Shown one piece after another: positions 32,974-42,342 of a DNA stretch of 64,000 nt. The first letter of the stretch is position 1. Every line of letters starts with the position of its first letter. The position numbers and the translations under genes are program-made. Source of the DNA: Rebecca billardiae RCC1528 (lineage: Eukaryota > Protista > Haptophyta); contig OZ251222.1 in NCBI GenBank assembly GCA_965240325.2, positions 3,782,001 through 3,846,000 of the forward strand. Reading direction: 5' to 3'. The notes below the pieces were generated by a model. It was not told the origin of the DNA. It did not search any database and worked only from the letters and a program-made list of their open reading frames with translations.

Positions 32974-35688
32974 ATGGCGGTCGGTGTATGCGGCCTCGCG
33001 GCGCTGCTCGTCAGTGCCGCGGTCTGCTCGGCGCATCTCGCCCCGCGCACCACCGCGCTCGCCCACGTCGAGCGCGCCGCGCGCTCTCGTCTCGCGCCGG
33101 CCGCCGCCTCGCCGGCCCCAACCGAGTGCGCCGTCGTCTCGTTTGCGGCCGCGGGCCGCGCACTGCGCGCGCAGGCCGCAGGCGCCGCCGCGCTCACGCC
33201 GGTCACCTTCGACGCGTACGTGACGCGCCGCCGGCCCGTCGGCCACGCGCTCGCGTTCCTCGACCTCGCGCCGCCCGAAGCGCCGGACGCGGCCGCGCCC
33301 GGCTGCCTGCTGCAGGCCAAGCTGCAGGCACAGCACATGCAGGGCGACGCGCGCGCATTCGACGCGTACGCGCGCGCGCTCCAGCCGACGAGCCTCGTGC
33401 GGCTGGAGGGCGTGGCGGGGCCGTCGCGCTCGCCAGGCGAGGGCCTCCTCGTCGTCTCGCGCGCGCGCCTCCTCGCGCCCCCGACCAACGACTACCACGT
33501 CGCCGCGCTCGTGCGCGGCGCGCGCGGAGGCGGGATCGAGCTAGCCGAGGCCGCGGCCGCGCTGCGGCTGGCGGAGGGCGCGGCGGGGCTCGAGCGGCTG
33601 CTGGCCGCCGACGCGGACGACCTGTCCGTCGCGCGCGCGTGGCTCGCGCGCGTCGCCGCCGGCGCCGCGCCGCGCCCGCCGCCGGTGCCCGCGCACGTCC
33701 TCACGGCGGCGGTCGCCACGGGCGGCCGCAGCGAGCGCCCAGTGCCGGCGGAGCTCAACCGGCCGCCGCGCGGCGTGGATGGCTCGCGCTTCGCGGGCGC
33801 GGCGCCGGCGGCGGGTGGCATCCTATCGGTCTCGGCCGCTGGCGCCGTCGTCCGCGCTGCCGTTGCATCCGCCACCGCCGCCGCGGGCGAGGCGGAGGCG
33901 GAGGCTGCTGAGGCGGAGGGCGGCCGTGCCGTGGTGCTCGAGGGCTGGGTGCAGGGCAGGCGGCGCTTTGCCGGCCGCGTGACCGTGCTCGACCTGAGCG
34001 AGCGCTACAGCGCGCTCGTCACGCCCGGCGCACCGTCTGCCGGGGCGGGCGCGGCCGCGGCGTCGGCCGAGCCGGCAGACGAGGCGGCGGCGGCGGCCCT
34101 GCGCGCCAACTGGGCCGGGCGCGTGCGCGCCGTGCTGCACCCGCGCGTGCTGGGCGGGGGCGGGCTGGCCGCGTACAGCGAGGCGTGCGCGCCGGGCGCG
34201 CGCGTGCGCGTCGCGGGCGTCGCGCGGCCGGAGGGCGTGTGGGCGGTGCGCGTGCAGCTGGTGCGCGCGAGCTGGCAGCCGGCGGCCCTCGAGCGCGTCG
34301 CCGCGGCGGTGCGCTCGGGCGGGCTGGGCGCGGCTGAGGCGGCCGCGGCGCTCGGGCTCGCGGGCGGCGAGGCCGAGGCGTGGGCCCTCGCCTCTGGGCT
34401 CTCCGACACCGAGCGCGCGTGGAAGCTGCGCGCGATCAGCCGCTCGCTGCAGAGCGCGGAGAGCCGGATGGGGCGGCACACGGCCGCGCAGGCGCGCGCA
34501 CTCGAGCAGGCGAGGGCCGTGCGCGCGCGCTGGCCCAAGACACGCGTCGTGCCCGCTGCGCTCGCGGGCTGCGACGTGCTCGCGGCCGAGGGCGCCGCCC
34601 CCGCCCCCGGTGGCGCGGGCGTGGCGGCGGCGGTACAGTCCGCGGCGCCGGCGCCGCACCCCCCGGCGCTCGACGCGGGCGGCGCGGGCGGCGCGGGTGG
34701 CGCAGGCGGCGCTCGCAGGCGTCGGCGCGAGCGCCAGCTCGGCCGCGCGCAGCCGGCGGCGCCGCGGCTGAGCCCCACCACCTCGCACGCCGGGCGGCAG
34801 GCCGAGCTCGAGCCCGCCGCCGGCGCGTGCCCCGGCAGCTGGTGGGCGCGCAACAAGCAGCCGCAGGTGCTGTGCATGCTCGAGCGCGTGCACGAGCTGC
34901 TCGCGCGGCACGAGGCGCGCGAGGCCGCGCGCGGAGAAGGCAGCGCGCGCCCGCTACGCCTGCTGGACGTGGGCGGCGGCAAGGGCCTGCTCGGCACGGC
35001 GCTGGCGCGCGCGTTCGGCGAGCGCGTGCGCGTGGAGGTGGTCGACGTCGCGCGCCGCGCGCTCGCCACCGGCGCCGCGCGCGCCGAGCGCGCCGAGCTG
35101 ACCAACCTCGCGTTCAGGCTGGCGGACGCGTCCGCCTTGGACCTCCTCCAGCCGCGGGGCGGCGGCTGGCCGGGCGCGGACGCGCGCGGCGGGGCGCCGC
35201 AGGGCGTGGACGTGGTGCTCGCGCTGCACGCGTGCGGCGCGCTGAGCGACGTGGCGATCGCGCAGGCGGTGCGCCACCGCGCGGCGTTCGTCGTCTGCCC
35301 CTGCTGCTTCCGCGCCAACCGCCAGCTGCGCGTGCCCGTCGGCCGGCCCGCCGGCGCGCCTGCCGCGCGCGCCGAGCCGGGCGCGGCCGCTGCGCTCGAG
35401 CTCACGCCCGCAGAGTGGCTGGGCGTGGTGCCGGACACGCACGCCGCGCTGCTGTCCGCCGCCGAGCTGCAGGGGGATTACGAGCTGGCCGCCGCCGCCG
35501 CGCACGCGACGTGCGCGCTGCGCGCCGAGGCGGCGCAGCGGCGGTGGGAGAGCGCACGCGCGCAGGACGCCCCTGGGAGCGCGCGCCCGCCGCTGCGCGT
35601 GTCCCTGCTCGAGTTCCCCGCCGAGTTCTCCACGCGCAACCTCTGTATTCTCGGCGTGCCCGCGCACGGCTCAGATGACTCGGCGTGA
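32974..35688 (+). CDS. Two OB-fold-like domains + GSTCD/RRNAD1-type (Methyltransf_32-like) SAM methyltransferase
   Basis: OB-like: FDAYVTRRRPVGHALAFLDL..LQAKL..VRLEGV and LEGWVQGRRRF..TVLDL..VRVAGV. MTase: LLDVGGGKGLL, ALHACGALSD, VVCPCCF, FSTRNLCILG. Hydrophobic N-terminal leader. Confidence 0.85.
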   Translation: MAVGVCGLAALLVSAAVCSAHLAPRTTALAHVERAARSRLAPAAASPAPTECAVVSFAAAGRALRAQAAGAAALTPVTFDAYVTRRRPVGHALAFLDLAPPEAPDAAAPGCLLQAKLQAQHMQGDARAFDAYARALQPTSLVRLEGVAGPSRSPGEGLLVVSRARLLAPPTNDYHVAALVRGARGGGIELAEAAAALRLAEGAAGLERLLAADADDLSVARAWLARVAAGAAPRPPPVPAHVLTAAVATGGRSERPVPAELNRPPRGVDGSRFAGAAPAAGGILSVSAAGAVVRAAVASATAAAGEAEAEAAEAEGGRAVVLEGWVQGRRRFAGRVTVLDLSERYSALVTPGAPSAGAGAAAASAEPADEAAAAALRANWAGRVRAVLHPRVLGGGGLAAYSEACAPGARVRVAGVARPEGVWAVRVQLVRASWQPAALERVAAAVRSGGLGAAEAAAALGLAGGEAEAWALASGLSDTERAWKLRAISRSLQSAESRMGRHTAAQARALEQARAVRARWPKTRVVPAALAGCDVLAAEGAAPAPGGAGVAAAVQSAAPAPHPPALDAGGAGGAGGAGGARRRRRERQLGRAQPAAPRLSPTTSHAGRQAELEPAAGACPGSWWARNKQPQVLCMLERVHELLARHEAREAARGEGSARPLRLLDVGGGKGLLGTALARAFGERVRVEVVDVARRALATGAARAERAELTNLAFRLADASALDLLQPRGGGWPGADARGGAPQGVDVVLALHACGALSDVAIAQAVRHRAAFVVCPCCFRANRQLRVPVGRPAGAPAARAEPGAAAALELTPAEWLGVVPDTHAALLSAAELQGDYELAAAAAHATCALRAEAAQRRWESARAQDAPGSARPPLRVSLLEFPAEFSTRNLCILGVPAHGSDDSA

Positions 35689-36491
35689 GGCGCGCTCGCC
35701 GGGTCGGGAGCCGGGCCGGGAGCGCTCACACGGTCCTACGGCGCGGGTCACTCCGAGCCCAGCCATCCGGCTGGCCCCGGAGCGCGTCGTGACCGGTTAC
35801 TGCCTTAGCACTACTGCACGGTACCGTCTGAGCCTAGGAGGCGTAGTCAACGCTCAGCCGGCTCGACAGGCGGACACTGCGTGACACAGCGAAACCGTGC
35901 GCGGATCCGCCATGACTACGCGCAATGCAGAAAGGCTCCGACGCCGATCTGCCGCCAGTCTGTCACGGGACCCCTGCTTGAGTGTTCAACCCGGCCATTC
36001 GGCGGCACGGCACCCGACGCCCGGTCGGGGCCCGCTCCGCGACCAGGGCAGTCCGATACGCACGCTAAAGGGCGCAAACGCCGAGTACGACGGAGTACAC
36101 CACGACTATGCGCGCTGCCACAGTACGGTGCCGCGTCGCGTCGTCACGCAGATTCCTGCTAGTCGCGCACACGACTGCACGGTGGTCCGGCAGACCGAGT
36201 CTGAGGCGCAGCCAGGACTGTACGCGCGCACGCGTAGACAGCAGTAGAGGGTGTGGTACTCTGACAGTCTGTGACGAGCCGCATCGGCCGCGCGCATAGC
36301 ATTACCAACATCGACATGAATCATCCAGGTGCGCACTCGCGGCGCCCCTATCGGCGCGGCTGCAGCCATGTCGGTCCGCCGTCCATTCGGCGGCGGGCTC
36401 GCCTGGGCAGTCCGGTGGCCGCCGCTCACTGCCGAGCTGCAGCACGGCCGAGCTGCAGCACGGCCGAGCAGCTGCCAGGCTGCGGCCATTG

Positions 36492-37508
36492 ATGCGGCGT
36501 GCCTGCGCATCCGCGCTGTTGGTTGCGGCGATGATCTCGATGACGGGCGCGCAGGCGAAGCTCGGGGCGCAGGAGAAGCGCGGGCTCCGCCCGCCGCGGC
36601 ATGCCGCCGGGCCCCACCGCAACCCGCAACTTTTTGAGCCCATCGGCGTCGCTGCGACGGTCGCGGGCGCCGCAGCGACGCTCAGCTCAATCGCCGGCTG
36701 GCTCGCGGCGCCGACTGCGCTCTTCGCCGCGGACTGGCGCGCGACGCTCGGCAGGTGCGCGTGGCTGCAGGCCCCCATGCTCGTCTGCGGCGTCCTGATG
36801 GCCATCATGCTCGGCGCGCAGCGGCGTGGCGGCAAGCACACCGCGCCGAGCGTGCTCTGGGTCGTGTCTCGGCTCAATCTCTTCCCCACCCCCGCCATCT
36901 ACAGCGTGCTGGACGTGCTCGGGGCGCGCGGGTACTATCACCGCGTGCCGATGCTGGAGGACGAGCCCGCCCCGCCCTTCGCCGTGCCCACGCCCGCCGC
37001 GGCGGCGGCGGACGCGCCCCTGTTTGTGGGCGGGCTGCCGCTGCCGTGGCACGTGCTGCAGCTGCACGCGGCAGGTGTGCGCGCGGTCGTCAACCTGTGC
37101 GACGAGTTCGGCGGGTGGGAGCGGCTGTACGCCTCGCTCGGGATCGAGCAGCTGCGCCTGCCCACCACCGACTACATGGACGTGCGCGCCGACGACCTCA
37201 AGCGCGCCGTCAAGTTCATCGACGCGCAGCGCGCGCGGGGGCGCGGGGTGTACGTGCACTGCAAAGCGGGGGTGGGCCGTGCGGGCTCGACAGCGGTGGC
37301 CTACGTCGCCGCGCGGGCGGAGCACCGCCTCGACGCGAAGCGTGCCAACGCGCACGTGCGCAAGTACCGCCCCGTCGTCGTCGCCAACCTGCACACGCGC
37401 GAGGGCGTGCTCGAGACCGTCGCATGGGCGGACGCGCGTGACAGGCGCGCTGGTGCGCCCGCGTCTGTTGACCGCGCCGGGTCAGCGCCGCCGCTGCCCA
37501 CGCCGTAG
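36492..37508 (+). CDS. PTPMT1-like dual-specificity / phosphatidylglycerophosphate phosphatase
   Basis: GVRAVVNLCDE, LRLPTTDY, catalytic VYVHCKAGVGR; N-terminal leader and a TM segment. Confidence 0.85.
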   Translation: MRRACASALLVAAMISMTGAQAKLGAQEKRGLRPPRHAAGPHRNPQLFEPIGVAATVAGAAATLSSIAGWLAAPTALFAADWRATLGRCAWLQAPMLVCGVLMAIMLGAQRRGGKHTAPSVLWVVSRLNLFPTPAIYSVLDVLGARGYYHRVPMLEDEPAPPFAVPTPAAAAADAPLFVGGLPLPWHVLQLHAAGVRAVVNLCDEFGGWERLYASLGIEQLRLPTTDYMDVRADDLKRAVKFIDAQRARGRGVYVHCKAGVGRAGSTAVAYVAARAEHRLDAKRANAHVRKYRPVVVANLHTREGVLETVAWADARDRRAGAPASVDRAGSAPPLPTP

Positions 37509-37796
37509 AAGTGAGTTATGATCCTGTGACCCGGCCGCCGGCGGAGACGATCACTACCGGCCGGGCCGGACTGGCGGCCGGGCCCGGGCTCACAAGTAAC
37601 TAGTACAATGATAAGCTAGCAGACTACTACATCACAGTCACAAGCAGTAGTCACAATTATTTATTCGGCGCTGTGACGCGGCCCACGCTGTCCGGGCGTC
37701 CGCGGTCCGGCGCCGCTGCCGCGCTGGCACCGGGCGGCCCGGCAAGTGCTGCCATCATCATCGGCATCGGCATCGCGTCACCACGTCTGACGTCAG

Positions 37797-39350
37797 TCAA
37801 TCGTCGTCGGAGTCCAGGTCATACACGCTGTCCGACTCATTGTCTGCTGGTGGAGCTGCGGCACTCACGCCAGCTGCGCCGCCTGTAGCCGCAGAGGTGA
37901 CCCCGTTGATGACGAGGGCGGCGTTTGGCAGAACGACGACGCGAGTTGTGGCAGCAGTCGTGGCATCATCAGCAGCGGGCGGCGGCGGCGGCGGCGAGGA
38001 GGAGAGGACGTCATCGTCGTCGTCGTCGTCGCAGTACTCGATCTCGGCGATGACCACTGGCAGCGGCACCGCCACCGCCACCTGTGGCACCGTTACAGGC
38101 GCGCCGCCCGTCGCATGCCAGTGCCCGCGGTGCCGCTGCGGCTCCTGGACGACCTGAGCTGCCACCGTGGCCCCGCTGCCCATGCTGCTGGCCTCTGCGC
38201 ACGCCGTCAAGTCGCGGTGGTCGAGCTCGGCGGAGCGGTGCATCGCGTGCTCCGGGGACGTTGGACCAGCGCCATCCGCGCCCCGCACGCGCTTGCTGCC
38301 GCGGCCGACCGTGCGGACCATGCCCGCCAGCTGGTGGAGGCCACACCTGGTGGCGCGCCCGCCCGCCAGCCCAAACGTGGGGCGAATGGCGCAGCCGGGC
38401 TCCGAGCACATCCGATTGACCATGTCCACCATGCCGGCGGTCCTGTGCGCGCCGCAGCACCGGGCCCGCCTCTCGCCTGGCAAGGCGTACACCGGCTGCC
38501 GCCAGCAGCCCGTCGCCGAGCACTTGCGGCTCACGACGTCCACCATACCCGCGAGCCTGTGCTCGCTGCACCGGCTGGCCATCTCGCCCGCCATGCCGTA
38601 CTGCGCGCGCTTCACGCACGCGGCCTCCGTGCACAGGCGGTGCTTGACGTCCACCATGCCGGCCAGCTTGTGCGCAGCGCACCGGCTCGCGCGAAGCCCG
38701 GGCATGCTGAACATGGCCTGGCCCTCGCAGCTCGGCACCTCGCACGGGTTGTGGCTGGCTGCCGCCATCCCGTCCAGCTTGTGCAAGGCGCACAGGCTGG
38801 CGCGCTCCTCGTCCGGCATCTTGAAGTTCGCAAGCTTCTTGCAGCCGGCCGCCTGGCACCTGCGAGCCGCAGCACCCGCCTCCACCATGCCCGCCAGCCT
38901 GTGCGCGCTGCACCGGCTGGCGCGCTCGCCCGGCGGGCCGTAATGCGGCCGACCCGCGCAGCCGGCCTCGGTGCAGTACCGCTGCGAGCGCGAGGTGTTC
39001 TGCATGCCCGGGACAAGGTGCACGGCGCACCGGCTGGGGCGCCGATCACCCGGCATGCCATAATGCGGCCGCCCGTAGCAGCCAACCACCGTGCAGTGGC
39101 GGCTCACGACGTCCACCATGCCTGGCAGCTTGTGCGCGCCGCAATGGCTGGGGCGTCTGCCCGGCGTGCTGAATAGCGCCCGCTTGCCGCAGCCGACCTC
39201 TGCGCAGACGGGGTTCACGACGTCGACCATCCCGGGCAGCTTGTGCCTGGCGCACCGCGCGCCCGGCCGAACGCCCGGCAAGTTGAACGAGCCCAGCTTC
39301 TTGCAGCTGGCCTCCTCGCAGAAGCTCTTCGTCCTGGTCGCGGCCGCCAT
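37797..39350 (-). CDS. EsV-1-7-type Cys/His repeat protein (9 repeats)
   Basis: Nine ~38-aa units C-x4-C...[F/Y]G.PG...C-x2-H...GMVDV; acidic low-complexity C-terminus. Confidence 0.85.
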   Translation of the reverse strand: MAAATRTKSFCEEASCKKLGSFNLPGVRPGARCARHKLPGMVDVVNPVCAEVGCGKRALFSTPGRRPSHCGAHKLPGMVDVVSRHCTVVGCYGRPHYGMPGDRRPSRCAVHLVPGMQNTSRSQRYCTEAGCAGRPHYGPPGERASRCSAHRLAGMVEAGAAARRCQAAGCKKLANFKMPDEERASLCALHKLDGMAAASHNPCEVPSCEGQAMFSMPGLRASRCAAHKLAGMVDVKHRLCTEAACVKRAQYGMAGEMASRCSEHRLAGMVDVVSRKCSATGCWRQPVYALPGERRARCCGAHRTAGMVDMVNRMCSEPGCAIRPTFGLAGGRATRCGLHQLAGMVRTVGRGSKRVRGADGAGPTSPEHAMHRSAELDHRDLTACAEASSMGSGATVAAQVVQEPQRHRGHWHATGGAPVTVPQVAVAVPLPVVIAEIEYCDDDDDDDVLSSSPPPPPPAADDATTAATTRVVVLPNAALVINGVTSAATGGAAGVSAAAPPADNESDSVYDLDSDDD

Positions 39351-39510
39351 GGCAAGAGCAAAGGTGCTTTCATGAGCTCTTCATCCCGACGAACGACTCC
39401 GGATCCGGTTGATCATTGAAGCGTTTGATCAGTCCGGGTTGCCAGCGTGGAGCGCGGGCTCGAGAGCTGGACGGCATCACGCGCGGCCGTGGAAGATCGG
39501 GACGGCCGTC

Positions 39511-40650
39511 ATGTCGGGATCGAACGACAAGGACGCCCACGAGTTCTTCGCCAATGCTGTGCGCGCGGCCGAGCAGGTGGGCATGGCGCCCGAGGAGGCC
39601 ATGCGGAACAGCCTGAGTGCCTTCACCGAGAGCCCCGAGGCCGTCCGGCAGATGCTCCGCGCCTGCCCGCTCCCGCCCGAGATGAGCGAGGAGCGCTTCC
39701 TCGCGATCATGGAGGCGCAAGCGAGCGCGTTTGACGAGAGGACGGAGGAGGGCAGGAAGAACCTGAACGCGGTGGGCGGCGAGGAGGCGGAGCGCCTCCG
39801 AAAGGAGGCCGCTTCGCTCCGCAAGGCCGCGCGCAACATGTCCGTCGCCACGGGCATCCGCACGCAGCTGCTGGACGTGTGCGAGTACTGCGCGGTGCAC
39901 GCGCCCGAGGCCGAGCGCTTCAAGCGCTGCGCGCGCTGCCAGGCGGTGACGTACTGCTCGCACGAATGCCAGAAGGCCCACTGGAAGCAGGGCCACAAGA
40001 AGGCATGCGTGCCGCCCACGACCCCGCTCGGCGCGGGCGGTGCGAGCGGCAGCGGCGGCCGCGATCGCTCGCGTCCCCTCGCCCTCCAGGAGCCGGCCGT
40101 CTGGGACCCCTTCTTGTCCGCGATCAACGGGCAGCTGGGGCGCGGCCCCGCGGCGATCGCTCCGAACGCGCGCGCCGATCGCTGCGTCTCCGACTGGCTC
40201 GACGCCGCGCGCGGCACGCCGAGCACCTCCGGCTCCCTGGCCACCTTCCGCCGCCGGCTGCGCGCGATCGCGCTCGGCGAGCTGTGGCTGGACGGGCCGA
40301 TCGAGCCGGCGCGCCCGCCGCCCTTCCGCTCGGCGACGACGAAGAAGCTGAAGCCGGCGGACCTCAATTGGTTTATGAGTGTGTGCTTCCACCTCGCGAG
40401 CGACGAGGAGCCCTCGCGCGAGCGGTACGAGCGCGACTATGGCAGCACGGCCGAGCTCGACGGCCGGGCTGAGGGCGCGCGGGTGCGGCGCGAGGGCACG
40501 GCGCTGCGCTTCCTGCAGATCTACGAGCACTTCAGCGACGGCCAGCCCGACGACGCGCCCAGCATGATCGCGAAGCGTGCGGGCAGCACCCCGCGGGGCT
40601 TGTTGGACAGGCTGAAGCAGACCGAGGCGTCTGGTCCGAGTCGGGGCTGA
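39511..40650 (+). CDS. MYND-type zinc-finger protein
   Basis: CEYC...RCARCQAVTYCSHECQKAHWKQGHKKAC. Confidence 0.9.
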   Translation: MSGSNDKDAHEFFANAVRAAEQVGMAPEEAMRNSLSAFTESPEAVRQMLRACPLPPEMSEERFLAIMEAQASAFDERTEEGRKNLNAVGGEEAERLRKEAASLRKAARNMSVATGIRTQLLDVCEYCAVHAPEAERFKRCARCQAVTYCSHECQKAHWKQGHKKACVPPTTPLGAGGASGSGGRDRSRPLALQEPAVWDPFLSAINGQLGRGPAAIAPNARADRCVSDWLDAARGTPSTSGSLATFRRRLRAIALGELWLDGPIEPARPPPFRSATTKKLKPADLNWFMSVCFHLASDEEPSRERYERDYGSTAELDGRAEGARVRREGTALRFLQIYEHFSDGQPDDAPSMIAKRAGSTPRGLLDRLKQTEASGPSRG

Positions 40651-40762
40651 CTCGGACGTCTCCCCGTGGCCGACGAGTGGCGACGACCGCTCGAGTGTAT
40701 CGGCTGTGGGCGTCAATCTCGCCTGCCTGAGCTGTGTGCGACTGTGCGTCTCTTACTGTGAC

Positions 40763-40936
40763 GCCGGTCTGTGGCCGAGTGGGAGTACTGGCGTGCTCTT
40801 GCGTCTGAGGTCATGGGTTCAAACCAGTTTCCAGGTCTCTCTTCGGAGAGCGTGCGAGAAGGATGGCGCGGCAACCTGCCACCGTGTCCCGTGAGCCTTA
40901 CGCACGTTACTTGCAAAAGAAATAAACTAAAACTGT
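40763..40936 (+). mobile_element. tRNA-derived SINE (apparently full length)
   Basis: Pol III A box TGGCCGAGTGG (40772-40782) and B box GGTTCAAACC (40816-40825) at tRNA spacing; unique body; A-rich tail; second copy at 20505; ACTGT on both flanks. Confidence 0.75.
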
Positions 40937-40984
40937 ACAGCAGGCGGGGCCGCATCGCTGCTCGCCAATAAAGATTCGCCGACG

Positions 40985-42001
40985 ATGACGATGATGGCGG
41001 AGGCATCGGCCGTCCCCATCGTGCTGTACCGGCACATGCTGCGAGCGTGCCGCGATCTGACCCGGGCCGGCCCCATGCGCATACGCTCCTCCGTCTTCGA
41101 CAGCGAGGTGCAGTGGATGTCGCAGCGCCACCCGCAGTACCGCCTGCTCGCGCCGGCGAGCTCGTCCTGGAATGAGCGCGTGCCGTCGGTGCAGGCGAGG
41201 CTGCTCGCGAGGTTCCCCTACCTCACGACGAACTTCTCGCCTGCGTCCGACAGCGCGGGGATCACGCGCGCCGAGCTCACCGCCCTCATCCGCTCCGAGT
41301 TCGACGCGCACCGCACCCCGGCGGACGCGGCGGAGGCGGGCGAGGCGCTCGACCGCATGTTCCTCGCGTACCGGGAGCTGCAGGAGCAGCAGGAGCTCGC
41401 GCAGCTCTCGAGCTCGGTGGTGACGAAGGGCGTGCGCGTCGACGCGACGTCGGGGTTCCTCGGGTGCGACAAGCATGGCACACATCTGTTCCAGGTGCGC
41501 GACGCGACGCGCCGCGGCCCGCGCCGCCTCGGCCGCTCGGAGCGCGGCCGCGCCTGGCCGCCTGGCCGCTGTCTGAGCCCACCCCGACCGCCCCGCGCTC
41601 CGGCGCGGGTGCGCGCGCGCGTGCGCGCACCGACGCCGTGCCGTCTCTCCCCGCAGTACCGCATCGCCGTGACGAACGAGAGCGCGGACGCCACCGTGCA
41701 GGTCAACGGCCGGCAGTGGGTCATCAAGAACGCGGACGGCTCGGTCGAGACGACGGTGCCGCGCGGCTCGCCCGGCGTGGTCGGTCAGAAGCCCGTGCTG
41801 CACCCGGGCCAGTGCTTCGAGTATGCGTCGGGCACCTCGCTGCGCATGGCGCGCGGCGAGATCCACGGCTCGCTGCAGATGGTCAAGATCGAGCACGGCC
41901 GGCTCGGCGCCACCTTTGACGCGGTCGTTGGCCGCTTTGTGTGCGACGCCAACGCGGCTGCGGGCGCGGCGCGAAGGGGAGCGAACGACGACGACGACTG
42001 A
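40985..42001 (+). CDS. LYR-motif + ApaG (DUF525) domain protein; intron 41495-41656
   Basis: VLYRHMLRAC at the N-terminus; TKGVRV, FQ|YRIAVTN, VQVNGRQWVI, GVVGQKPVLHPGQCFEYASGT. The 162-nt GT-AG intron is in phase 0. Confidence 0.9.
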   Translation: MTMMAEASAVPIVLYRHMLRACRDLTRAGPMRIRSSVFDSEVQWMSQRHPQYRLLAPASSSWNERVPSVQARLLARFPYLTTNFSPASDSAGITRAELTALIRSEFDAHRTPADAAEAGEALDRMFLAYRELQEQQELAQLSSSVVTKGVRVDATSGFLGCDKHGTHLFQVRDATRRGPRRLGRSERGRAWPPGRCLSPPRPPRAPARVRARVRAPTPCRLSPQYRIAVTNESADATVQVNGRQWVIKNADGSVETTVPRGSPGVVGQKPVLHPGQCFEYASGTSLRMARGEIHGSLQMVKIEHGRLGATFDAVVGRFVCDANAAAGAARRGANDDDD

Positions 42002-42255
42002 GGCACGCCTGCGCGCAGTCTGAGGCCGTTGGCGAGGTCTCACGGGCAGCCGTGCTGCTTCGACGGCGGCTCCCCATCGCCGCGCGGCATGCACGTGTTC
42101 GGCGCGCCAGCTGCGCTGGTCCGCTGGCAAGCGACATGCACCGCGCACTCGCTGGCCTGCTGGCATGCGCATGATGCTGATGATGACTACATGATCTGCT
42201 GACGACTGCCATATGCCTAATATATCCTATCGCGCATATCGTTTAGGGCGCGCAG

Positions 42256-42257
<2 letters not shown>

Positions 42258-42292
<35 letters not shown>

Positions 42293-42342
42293 TATATATA
42301 CTATATGTGTGTGTGTGTGTGTGTGTATATGAATATATATAT
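42258..42342. repeat. (TA)n/(TG)n microsatellite
   Basis: Directly visible. Confidence 0.95.

Noticed and set aside
37525-37604. GC hairpin followed by CTAGT as a Helitron 3' end
   Set aside because: Short GC stems are expected by chance here; no second copy or 5' end was found.
40763-40835. Functional tRNA gene
   Set aside because: A and B boxes are present, but there is no proper acceptor or anticodon stem. The sequence continues into a repeated body and tail, which fits a SINE.
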